Notes: generated by a model not told the origin, from the sequence alone. A stretch of 64,000 nucleotides of DNA from an uncultured Rhodocyclaceae bacterium (GCA_964510915.1 CAZEDA010000001.1:4947-68946), one strand, 5' to 3'; numbered from the stretch's first letter, positions 19,601-29,464 are shown. Translations and numbers: made by a program.

Positions 19601-20785
19601 GGAGACGATGCACAGATCGCCGGTCAGATAGGGACGCGTGGTCGTCAGATGGCCGCGTCGTTCGGGCACTTCGGCCAGTGAGCCGGTGACGTCCACTTCC
19701 CGGCGGCGGATCATCGCCTCCAGTTCCGTCCAGTCCTGGGCGCGGACCAGCTGGAAGCGCAGCGGGAGGCGGCTCGCGACGAGATCGCGGAAGTCCGGGG
19801 TGATGCCCGAGACGTCGCCGTTGCCCTTCACGATTTCGACCGGCGGCCATTGGCTGCCCATCACGCCGTAGCGGATCACCGGGTGCGCGGCGAGGAAGGC
19901 CTGCTCGCTGCCCGAGAGCGCGATGGCGCGCTGGCGACGGGACAGCGCGCGCAACGCGGGATCGACGATCCACCGGCGCTCGATCGCCGCGACGGCATCG
20001 GCGTCCAGTGCGGCGAACCCGGCGTCGATCGTGCCGAGGAGCTTCCGGTTCGCGGCCGACACCGCGGGACGCAGTTCCGTCTCGAGGTAGCGGGCCTCAC
20101 CCTGTACGAAGCCGCGACCCGCCAGCGTGCTCCGGAGCCACAGCGCAGCGGTCGCCGTTTCGACGAGTGCCGCGTTCGCTTCGCCGAGACGCAGGGCCTC
20201 GGAGATGCGGGAACGTCCGTCGACAGGGAGGATGCCCGCCCCGGGAAATGCCGAAGCAGCGAGCGGCTCCTGCAGGCTGCCGCGCAGGACGGCAATCCGC
20301 ATCGTTCCGGTCTGTGCGTCGCGTCGCAGCAGGGTGGATGTGATCGGCAGGAGCGCGTGCCCATAGGCGACGGCGGCGTCGTAGCGCGGATCCGGCGGCA
20401 GCCCGCCATGCGCGGCGATGCGGCCGAAGGACAGATCCTCCAGCTGCACGGCGAGCGTTCCGCAGCGCATGACGATGGGAATGCCCGTGGTGCGTGACCA
20501 GAGCCGCCACAGGTCCACGAGCATGCCGCGCGGGGACTCCCCCGGCAGCTGCTCCGACCACGGCGCGTTGTCCGTTTCGCAGCCGATGACGAGCGGGGTG
20601 TGCCGGTCGATGACCGCCTCTCCGCGCGCAAGGCACGGTCCCGCGGCGAGTGCGAGCAGCCAGGCGACGCACGCCGCGACGAGGCTCGCGCTACTGCGCG
20701 ACGCGGGTTTCCCCGGCACTTTGCGCGCAAGGCGTCGCGGACCTTTGCCAACGATCCGGAATGCCCGGCGGGTCCTCGAGAGCAT
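16682..20785 (-). CDS. BvgS-like hybrid sensor histidine kinase (periplasmic SBP-type domains, PAS, HisKA-HATPase, REC, Hpt)
   Basis: 1367 aa from ATG 20785 (MLSRTRR..., with a signal/TM segment). H-box SHEIRTPLAGMIGM, G-box GTGLGLSICRELA, REC VAVVDDDEIHREV...DIHMPEMDG, and a C-terminal Hpt-like EAAHAAKGSAASAGAARL. Confidence 0.85.
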   Translation of the reverse strand: MLSRTRRAFRIVGKGPRRLARKVPGKPASRSSASLVAACVAWLLALAAGPCLARGEAVIDRHTPLVIGCETDNAPWSEQLPGESPRGMLVDLWRLWSRTTGIPIVMRCGTLAVQLEDLSFGRIAAHGGLPPDPRYDAAVAYGHALLPITSTLLRRDAQTGTMRIAVLRGSLQEPLAASAFPGAGILPVDGRSRISEALRLGEANAALVETATAALWLRSTLAGRGFVQGEARYLETELRPAVSAANRKLLGTIDAGFAALDADAVAAIERRWIVDPALRALSRRQRAIALSGSEQAFLAAHPVIRYGVMGSQWPPVEIVKGNGDVSGITPDFRDLVASRLPLRFQLVRAQDWTELEAMIRRREVDVTGSLAEVPERRGHLTTTRPYLTGDLCIVSRGGDGTPLTLADLSGKRVAMESGYGPTLWLARNFPSIDLVLVPDTESALRAVSTGTADAHVGPVIVTTHAIRQLLLTNLRVVGTTDAYPFELRFGVRSDWPELVSAIDKAVASISADERAAIRERWVTATVVETRDWTTVLSIGIPLLAAAAGAIVVIAIWNRRLRREVAQRAEAQAALATQIAFRSALLEAMPEPVVFKDVEGRYLGCNGAFARFYGIERDSIAGRRMQEFDHLGTGAREQVLAVEAEVLADSRSRTIRLRARRHDGADRDILYSLSAFPAAGSGSVAGGLVGVIVDISDLESARAEARDAASLLRDITDAAPGVVWRYVSRPGERGRFTFVSGGIRSLHGIAPETALGDPRRIFETMVDEDRAALTARINAPMPSPEPLHAEYRSRLPDGSTRWLAISAIPRPQADGSVLWDGTAFDITAEKALQVALDQARAAAEAADRAKSRFLAKMSHEIRTPLAGMIGMLRLVTGTPPPPDPDRLLGLIGQSAQNLLRVLNDLLDISKIEAGRLHLDPADFDLDALLEQATALAGSLVGDKPVRVAWTRDPALPRFLHGDSLRIRQVLDNLLSNAARFTRKGEIRVHAERGTDGTTRLSVTDTGIGFDEATRDRLFQPYEQASPQTAKQFGGTGLGLSICRELATMMGGRIEASGEPDRGATFVFTLPFDPAKAPPPESETASVPSLTYRAPEPGDARERGLVVAVVDDDEIHREVVTRQCATLGCVVEAFRDGADAWRAIGATPERFGLVITDIHMPEMDGLELARRIRTLLPATHRALPILVLSATTDPGEEIPRGEDGTAFEFAQKPVLPSALDAVLQRLAPAIVAARSASGASTSAIATPDEAPAFDRAQLTALLGTSEVSEVTAFARRAAKSLASSVERVTAALAEGKHEAIVEAAHAAKGSAASAGAARLARLFAEIQQAEERGDRDRARQLSATASHGLQTYVDAVEDGPERSDHDRAV

Positions 20786-21005
20786 GCAGCGACAATCCCT
20801 GTCCGTCCGGCGGATGACCGGCGGAACATGGTAACTGCATATGGAGGGGGAGGGCGGTCGCTGGCGGTGCTGGCCGACCCAAGGGGAGGTCCGCACAACC
20901 TGCGCGGTAGCGACGGAGATCTTATGGGCCGCTGGCGGTGTTGGGCGCCTTGCCATCGCCCGTTTCAGACCACCACGCGATCCGCGCAGTTGTGCGGACC
21001 TTCCC

Positions 21006-22115
21006 TCAGAGCTTCCGGGGTCGCAGCGTACCGGCGCCCGGCGTGCCGCGCGCTTCGGCGACGAGGCGTTCGAGGTCCTGGGTCGTCAGCGTCTGCAGGA
21101 AGGCCACGAGGTTCGCCTTCTCGTCGGCGGTGAGGCCGAGCGGCCGCAGCGAGGGGTCTCGTCCCGGGTCATCACCGCCGCCCGCGTCGTACCACTCCAC
21201 CACATCCGCGAGAGTGGCCAGGGAACCGTCGTGCATGTAGGGAGCAGTGACGCCCGCGTTGCGCAGCGAGGGCACGCGGAACGCCCGCCTGTCGCTCTCG
21301 CGTCCGGTCACTTCGAAGCGACCCTCGTCCGGTACAGGCTTGGCGGCGCCGAGGGCGCCGCGCAGCCGTGCCCATTCGACGCCGGTATTGCGGAAGCTGT
21401 TGTCGGTGAACGTCGCGAACTCGGCACCGACCGCATGGCACGCGGGGCAACCGCTTCGCTGGAAGACATCGTAGCCCGAGCGCTCCGCCGGGCTGAGCGC
21501 CGCAGTATCGCCGCCGAAGCGCCAGCGGTCGAAGCGCGACAGCCCGGTCGCGAGGCTGCGCTCGTACGCCGCGATGGCCGCGCCCACCAGACGGGCGCTC
21601 ACCTTCCGGCCGGCGAAGGCGGCCCGGAACGCCTCCCGGTAGTCGGCCCGCCCTTCGAGGCGCCCCACGACGTCCTGCACCGTGGGATTCCACGCTTCCT
21701 CGTTGCTGAGCAGGGGGCCCCAGATCTGGTCTTCGAGGGTCGCCATCCGGCCATCCACGAACTGCGACGTCGCGAGTGCGGCGTTGAGCACCGTGGGCGA
21801 GTTCCGGCGCAGGACGCGGCCGCCGCGCCCGAAGGCTGTGGGCGCGCCGTTGAGCGCGAAGCCGTGCTCGGGAATGTGGCAGGTGGCGCACGCCATCGTC
21901 CCGTCTTCCGCCAGTTGCGGGTCCATGAACAGGCGCCGGCCGAGGGCGACCTGGCGCGCGGGGTCGCCTGCTTCGGTACTGAGCGGGATCGGCGGCAGGC
22001 CGGAGCCGCCGCGGGATTCCCCTGCGGTCATCGCAGCCGGAAGGAGGGCGAGGGCGCCCGCGACGAAGGCGAAGAGAAGGTGACGGCGCGAGGCGGGCAG
22101 TGCGGAAGTCATCAT
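21006..22115 (-). CDS. Di-haem cytochrome c peroxidase (CcpA/MauG family)
   Basis: Two CxxCH motifs (CATCHIPEHGF and CPACH), a signal peptide from MMTSALPASRRHLLFAF..., and the motif FRVPSLRN. Confidence 0.85.
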   Translation of the reverse strand: MMTSALPASRRHLLFAFVAGALALLPAAMTAGESRGGSGLPPIPLSTEAGDPARQVALGRRLFMDPQLAEDGTMACATCHIPEHGFALNGAPTAFGRGGRVLRRNSPTVLNAALATSQFVDGRMATLEDQIWGPLLSNEEAWNPTVQDVVGRLEGRADYREAFRAAFAGRKVSARLVGAAIAAYERSLATGLSRFDRWRFGGDTAALSPAERSGYDVFQRSGCPACHAVGAEFATFTDNSFRNTGVEWARLRGALGAAKPVPDEGRFEVTGRESDRRAFRVPSLRNAGVTAPYMHDGSLATLADVVEWYDAGGGDDPGRDPSLRPLGLTADEKANLVAFLQTLTTQDLERLVAEARGTPGAGTLRPRKL

Positions 22116-22215
22116 GGCGGCGATGGTAACGGTTCGGGCGCCGATTTGACCTGCGTCAGAAGCTGCGAGGTGGTCGCGCATTACAGTTTTCCTTCACAGA
22201 GTGAGGGAAGGGGCG

Positions 22216-23385
22216 ATGGACAGAAGCGACAGAGCATCGGCGATCGACCCGGGCGCAGCGCGCCCGGCCCGGAAGACATCGCGTGCCGGAGGCCGTCGTG
22301 CGGCCGCCGGCGACGTGGCCCCGGCTCGCACGGGCAGTGCGGTCGAGCGCTTCGTGGTGTCCGAAGCCATGGATTCGGCCCGGGATGCCCAGGCCACCGC
22401 CTTCGAGGACATCGCGACGCGGGCAGCCGCCCTCGGCCCGGAGCAGCTGCAGGCCCGGATCGACGCGCTGATGGCCGGTGCATCGCCCGACGAAGTGGCG
22501 GCATTGCGTCTGGCGCTTCTGCGCCGGGGCGGGGTCGAGGACACCACGCCGTCGAGTCCCGACGAGGAACTGTCGGAGGACTGGCGCAACGGCGCCTATC
22601 CGTATCGCAACCTCATGCAGCGGCGGACCTACGAGAAGACCAAGTACCGCCTCCAGGTGGAACTGCTCAAGCTCCAGGCGTGGGTGAAGGAAACGGGGCA
22701 GCGCGTGGTGATCCTGTTCGAAGGCCGGGACGCTGCCGGCAAGGGCGGCACGATCAAGCGCTTCATGGAACACCTGAACCCTCGCGGCGCCCGCGTCGTC
22801 GCCCTGGAGAAACCCACGGAGCAGGAGCGCGGGCAGTGGTACTTCCAGCGCTACGTGCAGCATCTGCCCAGCGTCGGCGAGATCGTGATGTTCGACCGCT
22901 CCTGGTACAACCGCGCGGGCGTCGAGCGCGTGATGGGCTTCTGCACGCAGGCGGAGTACGACGAGTTCATGCGGCAGGCGCCGGAATTCGAGCGCAACCT
23001 GGTGCGCAGCGGCATCCACCTCGTGAAGTTCTGGTTCTCCGTGAGCCGCGCGGAACAGCGGCGCCGGTTCAGGGAACGCGAGATCCATCCGCTCAAGCAG
23101 TGGAAGCTCTCGCCCATCGATGTGGCATCGCTCGACAAGTGGGACGACTACACGAAGGCGAAGGAGGCGATGTTCTTCCACACCGACACCGCCGACGCCC
23201 CGTGGACCGTGATCAAGTCGGACTGCAAGAAGAGAGCGCGGCTGAACGCCATGCGCTACATCCTCCACAAGCTCCCCTACGCCTCGAAGGATGCGGAGCG
23301 GATCGGCGCACTCGATCCGCTGATCGTGGGCCGGGCGCACGTCGTGTTCGAACGGGGAGAGAAGCAGGTCACGGCGCTGCTCTGA
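22216..23385 (+). CDS. ppk2: Polyphosphate kinase 2 (PPK2) with an N-terminal extension of about 110 aa
   Basis: Walker A FEGRDAAGKGGTIKR and WYFQRYVQHLPSVGEIVMFDRSWYNRAGVERVMGF are PPK2 hallmarks. The start is ATG 22216 or GTG 22201. Confidence 0.85.
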   Translation: MDRSDRASAIDPGAARPARKTSRAGGRRAAAGDVAPARTGSAVERFVVSEAMDSARDAQATAFEDIATRAAALGPEQLQARIDALMAGASPDEVAALRLALLRRGGVEDTTPSSPDEELSEDWRNGAYPYRNLMQRRTYEKTKYRLQVELLKLQAWVKETGQRVVILFEGRDAAGKGGTIKRFMEHLNPRGARVVALEKPTEQERGQWYFQRYVQHLPSVGEIVMFDRSWYNRAGVERVMGFCTQAEYDEFMRQAPEFERNLVRSGIHLVKFWFSVSRAEQRRRFREREIHPLKQWKLSPIDVASLDKWDDYTKAKEAMFFHTDTADAPWTVIKSDCKKRARLNAMRYILHKLPYASKDAERIGALDPLIVGRAHVVFERGEKQVTALL

Positions 23386-23507
23386 CGACCTGCCGCATCT
23401 TCCGCGCGGCCGCTCCCGCGCCGTATCACCTTCTGCCGAGTTCCCGACGGAGAGGGTGAAGGCGCGTGAGCGTTGGTATGCTTGACCTTCACCCGGGAGG
23501 TCGATGC

Positions 23508-24872
23508 ATGCCGCCGAAGTCGTTTCGCCCGTTTGCGTGGATCGGGGCGTCGCCCCGACGGGGCTGGATCCTGATCGCGATTCCCCTCGCGGTCTCCCTG
23601 CTCGCTCTCGCGTGGATTGCCACCCACTATCTCAAGCCGGCACCGCCGAAGCGCATCGTCTTCGCGGCCGGACCGCAGGGCGGTGCCTATCGCGCATTCG
23701 CGGAACGCTATGCGGCCATCCTCGCGCGGCATGGCATCACGGTGGAGATCCGCACCACCGCCGGCGCCAGAGAGAACTACCGTCTGCTCAAGGAAGGCAA
23801 GGAAGCCGTGGATGCCGCGCTCGTCCGCGGCGGCATAGGAACCGCCGAGGAATCCCCCCACCTCGTGTCCCTCGGCGTGGTCGGCTACGAAGCCCTCTGG
23901 GTGTTCTGTCGCGGCCCGGTCGTGCTCGACGATCTCCCGAGCCTGCAGGGCAAGACGCTGGCCATCGGCGCGAAGGGGGCGGGCACCCGCAGGCTGGTGC
24001 GAACGCTCCTCGCCGCCAACGGCATCGACGAGCGGGACTTCAAGGCCCTGGAGATCGGCGGGGTGGAGGCGGCAGAGGCCCTGCTCGAAGGGCGCGCAGA
24101 CTGCGCCTTCCTGTTCGAACCGCCGGAGGCAGGCGTGCTGAAGGCGCTCATCTACAGTCCGGACGCCCAGCTCGTGGATTTCCGGCGCCGCGCAGATGCC
24201 TACGGCAAGCTGATTCCGGCCCTGCACAAGGTCGTGCTGCCCGAGGGGGCGAACGACCTCGAATCCAATCGGCCCGACCGTCCCATCACGCTCCTCGCGG
24301 CACAGACGCAACTGGTGGCCACCGAGGGTCTGCACTCGGCCGTGAAGATGCTGCTGCTGCAGGCCGCGACCGAGGTCCACGCCGATGCCGACCTCTTCAG
24401 CGGGGAGCACGAATTCCCGGCCCAGCGGGCCTTCGAGTTTCCGATCGCCGACGAGGCGCGTCGGTACTACACGTCGGGTCCGCCGTTCCTCCAGCGCTAC
24501 CTTCCCTTCTGGCTGGCCAACCTGCTGGACCGTGCCCTCGTGTTCCTCATTCCCGTCGTCGCGATCCTGTTTCCCCTGCTGCGCATCCTTCCCCCGCTAT
24601 ATGCGTGGAACGTGCGTCGCCGCATCTACCGCTGGTACGGCGAACTCATGTTCATCGAGAACGAGATGCGGCGCACGCTCACCCGGGGAGAGACCCGCAA
24701 CTTCGGAGACCGGCTGGACTGGATCGAGCGCGAGGTGAACGAGCTGCACCCGCCCCTCGCCTTCGCGAATCAGGTGTATGCCCTGCGCCAGCACATCGAC
24801 TTCGTGCAGGAGCGCCTCGCGGCCGGGACTCCTGCCGAAACCGCCGCGCCCGGGGGAACTCCCTCCGGCTGA
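23508..24872 (+). CDS. TAXI-family (TRAP-associated) solute-binding-like protein with N- and C-terminal membrane segments
   Basis: Contains KRIVFAAGPQGGAYRAFAERYAAIL...TTAGARENYRLLKEG and a C-terminal hydrophobic region FWLANLLDRALVFLIPVVAILFPLLRILPPL. ATG 23508 has GGGAGG 7 nt upstream. No TRAP membrane subunits are nearby. Confidence 0.7.
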   Translation: MPPKSFRPFAWIGASPRRGWILIAIPLAVSLLALAWIATHYLKPAPPKRIVFAAGPQGGAYRAFAERYAAILARHGITVEIRTTAGARENYRLLKEGKEAVDAALVRGGIGTAEESPHLVSLGVVGYEALWVFCRGPVVLDDLPSLQGKTLAIGAKGAGTRRLVRTLLAANGIDERDFKALEIGGVEAAEALLEGRADCAFLFEPPEAGVLKALIYSPDAQLVDFRRRADAYGKLIPALHKVVLPEGANDLESNRPDRPITLLAAQTQLVATEGLHSAVKMLLLQAATEVHADADLFSGEHEFPAQRAFEFPIADEARRYYTSGPPFLQRYLPFWLANLLDRALVFLIPVVAILFPLLRILPPLYAWNVRRRIYRWYGELMFIENEMRRTLTRGETRNFGDRLDWIEREVNELHPPLAFANQVYALRQHIDFVQERLAAGTPAETAAPGGTPSG

Positions 24873-24876
24873 GGGT

Positions 24877-24906
24877 CCGGGCGGATGGCGGGGGAGACCG
24901 TCCCGG
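24877..24906 (+). terminator. Possible rho-independent terminator after the TAXI gene
   Basis: ccgggcgg...ccgtcccgg stem with one bulge, followed by TTTA. Confidence 0.3.
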
Positions 24907-24936
24907 TTTATGGCGTTTCCGGGACAAAGTCACTGG

Positions 24937-24957
24937 ACGTGGAAAATTTTCCCACGT
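24937..24957. promoter_or_regulatory. AT-centred palindrome ACGTGGAAAATTTTCCCACGT upstream of the kinase/activator pair
   Basis: Read directly. It is a near-perfect dyad lying 86-106 bp upstream of ATG 25043, and stands out in otherwise GC-rich DNA. Confidence 0.35.
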
Positions 24958-25042
24958 ATAGTCCTTTCCACGACGGGACCCCGATCCGTCGGGGCGACCC
25001 TGCGCTGGCTGGTTCGATCGCCCCAAGAGTGGAGAGCGATCG

Positions 25043-26481
25043 ATGCAAACCTTGGCAGAACAGGCACTTGAAGGGCGTGGCGCTCGCCCGGGATCGATCG
25101 GCTCCGCCGCCCCTCCCGCCTCGGAATCCGTGCGCTACAGCTTCACGCGCCGTTTTGCGCTGCTCGCCTTCGCGTCCATCGCGCTGGTGAGCGCCGCCTC
25201 GGCCGCCTTCCTGGCGAAGACTCTGGTGGAAGAGACGATCCACCACGACGCCGTCGAAGTGATGCAGTTCGTCCAGAGCTTCACCCCCCTTGCCGAGGCC
25301 GAGGAGTTCTTCCGCGGAACGGGGGACCGGGCCGCGCATCTCGAAGCGATGGCGCCGCTGCTGGCGCGGATCGCCGCCATGCCCGACTCGGTGCACGTGA
25401 ACGTGTACGACCGCGAAAAGCGCGTGCTCTGGTCCACCAAGCGGGACATGGTGGGCAAGGCGCTCACGCAGAATCCGGAACTCGACGAAGCGCTCGACGG
25501 CGAACTCGAAGTGGAGAGCAGTCTGCTCGAGGAGCGCCGCTACCTGAAACCCGAGCACGCGTTCCTCAAGGGCATCTCCGACAACTTCGTCGAGACCTAC
25601 GTGCCGATCTGGTCCCGGGATCGCCGCAGCGTCCTGGGCGTGATCGAGATCTATCGTCGTCCGCAGCCTCTGTTCGAAATGACGCAGACCCTGGTGCGCG
25701 CAGTCTGGCTGAGCGCACTGCTGGGTGCGCTGTTCCTGTTCGGATCGCTCTTCTGGGTCGCCCGCCGCGCCGACCGCCTCATCCGTTCGCAGCAGCGGCA
25801 GATCGTGGAATCCGAAACGCTTGCCGCCGTCGGCGAGATGTCGGCGGCTGTGGCGCACAGCATTCGCAATCCTCTCGCGTCGATCCGTTCTTCGGCGGAA
25901 CTGGCGCACGAACTCGACGGCGAAAGCGTCCGAGAGCCGATGACCGACATCGTCGCGCAGGTCGATCGCATCGCGGCGTGGATCACGCAGCTGCTCGTCT
26001 ATGCGCAGCCTTCCTCGCCGCGGCTGTCCCGCGTGAACGTTAGCGCGATCGTCGATGCCTGTCTGGTCGACTTCCGGCGTGACCTCGAGAAACGGCGGGT
26101 GACGGTCACGACCGACTTCGCCGCCGCCCTGCCGCCGGTCGTGAGCGACGGCGCGCTGATGAGCCAGGTGTTCGTCACGCTGATCTCCAATGCCCTCGAT
26201 GCCATGCCGTCGGGCGGCACGCTGACCATCTCGGGGCGCCTTCCGCAGGACGGCAACCGGGTGTATGTCTTCCTCGCGGATACCGGCGTCGGCATCTCGC
26301 CGGAACATCTGCAGCGCCTGTTCGTTCCCTTCCACACCACGAAGAAGTCCGGCCTCGGAGTCGGCCTGCCGCTCGTGCGGCGGGTGATGAACCGCATGGG
26401 CGGGTCCATCGACATCGAAAGCGTCCAGGGTTCCGGCACGACCGTGAAGCTTTCCTGGCCGAGCGCGAAGCAGGAGTCGCC

Positions 26482-26485
<4 letters not shown>
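25043..26485 (+). CDS. Sensor histidine kinase (two TM segments, periplasmic loop, HisKA-HATPase)
   Basis: H-box GEMSAAVAHSIRNPLASI, N/G boxes LISNALDAM, DTGVGI and GLGVGLPLV. GGAGAG ribosome-binding site. Confidence 0.85.
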
Positions 26486-27864
<1,379 letters not shown>

Positions 27865-27908
27865 CTCTCCCGAGCGGCTCCGCGCCGCTTGTCTTTCCGC
27901 CTTCCCCT

Positions 27909-27935
27909 GCCGGCCGGTGCTCTGCACCGGCCGGC
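27909..27935 (+). terminator. Probable rho-independent terminator after the activator gene
   Basis: Perfect 12-bp stem gccggccggtgc / gcaccggccggc with a 3-nt loop, followed by gtcgTTTCTg. Confidence 0.5.
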
Positions 27936-27990
27936 GTCGTTTCTGCTGCTGCGCCGATGCCATCGCCATGGCGAGCGGGGCAGAAGTGGG

Positions 27991-28026
27991 TGGGGCATAT
28001 CCCCCGGTGACTGGGGCACCTCCCCC
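27991..28026. promoter_or_regulatory. Candidate enhancer (UAS): two dyad-symmetric 15-mers, TGGGGCAtaTCCCCC and TGGGGCAccTCCCCC, spaced 21 bp apart
   Basis: Read directly. The two sites are centred about 150 and 129 bp upstream of the -24 element at 28148. That geometry fits bacterial enhancer-binding proteins. Confidence 0.4.
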
Positions 28027-28146
28027 ACTTCCCTTCCCGCAGCCCGATTCCCCGGCTTGAAGCTGTGCCAGCGGGCGCGTGCCAAGTGGCTGGCCTGCCT
28101 GTGAATTCCCCCAAACGGCGTTCCGCTGCCTCAGCGCGCAAACCGG

Positions 28147-28162
28147 TGGCACGTCGGGTGCA
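28147..28162 (+). promoter_or_regulatory. Sigma54 (-24/-12) promoter TGGCAC-gtcgg-GTGCA
   Basis: GG and GC are separated by exactly 10 nt. The sequence matches 15 of 16 positions, reading the N5 spacer as unconstrained, of consensus TGGCAC-N5-TTGCA. It lies 70 bp upstream of ATG 28232 and immediately downstream of a sigma54 activator gene. Confidence 0.7.
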
Positions 28163-28231
28163 GAGACAAGGGCACACAAAAGCTCGCGCGTGCGATCCGG
28201 CCCGGACCGCCGCGCCCCCGGGAGACGTCGA

Positions 28232-29464
28232 ATGAAACGCATCATGGTGTACTCGCACGACACGTTCGGGCTGGGCAACATCCGCAGGATGCTCACGGTG
28301 GCCATGCATCTCGTGGACGCCTTCCCCGATGCATCGGTCCTGATCGTCTCCGGCTCGCCGATGCTCCACGCCTTCCGCATCCCGCCGCGCGTCGACTACC
28401 TGAAGCTGCCGTGCCTGTCACGCACGCAGGCCGGCGACTACGCGGTGAAGTTTCTCGACATGCCGTTCGACGAGACGGTGCGGCTGCGCTCCAACCTGCT
28501 GGTGAGCGCGATCCTCGACTTCGAGCCGGACCTCATCGTCGTCGACAAGAAGCCCCTCGGCGTCGGCAACGAACTGGAGCACGCCCTCGAACTGCTGCAG
28601 CGTCGCGGCCGCCAGACGCGCCTCGCACTGCTGCTGCGTGACATCCTCGACAGCCCCGAAGCGACCCGCGCGGTGTGGAGCAAGAACGGTTACTTCGATG
28701 CCATCGACCGCTACTACGACCAGGTTCTGGTGGTGGGGTCGGAACAAGTGTTCGATCTCGCCCGCGAGTACGACTTCCCGGTGTCGGTCCGCGAAAAGGT
28801 CCGCTACTGCGGTTACCTGCGGCGCGATCGCCACGCCACCGCGCGAACCCTGCAGGATGCCCCGGTCAGCAGGGCCGAGCGTCTGGTGCTGGTCACGACG
28901 GGCGGCGGCGAGGACGGTCACCGACTCATCTCCGCCTACGCGGACAGCCTGGACGCCATCGCGGCGGCAGGGTCGGTCCACAGCGTCGTGGTGTGCGGAC
29001 CGGAGATGAGCCCCGTGCACCGGAAGCAGGTGAGCATCCGGCTCGCAGGACGCGCCGATGTCACTCTGCTCGAATTCTCCGACGACATGATGGGGCTGAT
29101 GGATGCGGCCGATCTCGTCGTCTCCATGAGCGGCTACAACACGGTGTGCGAACTGCTTTCGCTGCGCAAGCGGGCGATCCTCGTGCCGCGCGTGAAGCCC
29201 GTCGCCGAGCAGTGGATCCGCGCGGAACGTCTCGAACAGCTCGGCCTGATGCGTGCGCTGCATCCCGACCACCTCACGCCGCACTCGCTCGCCGCGATGG
29301 TCACGCAGGAGCTCGACCTCGCCAACGTCGTGCGCTACCCGCGCAGCCACCTCGACATGGACGGCCTCGATCGGATCTGCGAATCGCTCGGCGAACTGCT
29401 GGACACGTCGGTTGCGAAAGTCGCCGGCCCCCGCGCGACGATGATTCAGGGGGTGCGGTCGTGA
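28232..29464 (+). CDS. GT-B fold glycosyltransferase (MurG/GT28-C-like; predicted glycosyltransferase family), paralogue 1
   Basis: 410 aa, starts MKRIMVYSHDTFGLGNIRRMLTVAMHL. It has a C-terminal GYNTVCELLS-type nucleotide-sugar binding region and is a paralogue of 38718..39911. Confidence 0.7.
   Translation: MKRIMVYSHDTFGLGNIRRMLTVAMHLVDAFPDASVLIVSGSPMLHAFRIPPRVDYLKLPCLSRTQAGDYAVKFLDMPFDETVRLRSNLLVSAILDFEPDLIVVDKKPLGVGNELEHALELLQRRGRQTRLALLLRDILDSPEATRAVWSKNGYFDAIDRYYDQVLVVGSEQVFDLAREYDFPVSVREKVRYCGYLRRDRHATARTLQDAPVSRAERLVLVTTGGGEDGHRLISAYADSLDAIAAAGSVHSVVVCGPEMSPVHRKQVSIRLAGRADVTLLEFSDDMMGLMDAADLVVSMSGYNTVCELLSLRKRAILVPRVKPVAEQWIRAERLEQLGLMRALHPDHLTPHSLAAMVTQELDLANVVRYPRSHLDMDGLDRICESLGELLDTSVAKVAGPRATMIQGVRS

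Noticed and set aside
20841-23459. 872-aa plus-strand ORF
   Set aside because: It runs antisense through the cytochrome c peroxidase gene and out of frame through PPK2. Its product is Arg/Gly/Pro-rich with no motifs.
27889-28104. 71-aa plus-strand ORF between the activator gene and the operon
   Set aside because: It overlaps the terminator hairpin and the candidate enhancer dyads, and has no ribosome-binding site or motif. I treat the region as regulatory DNA.
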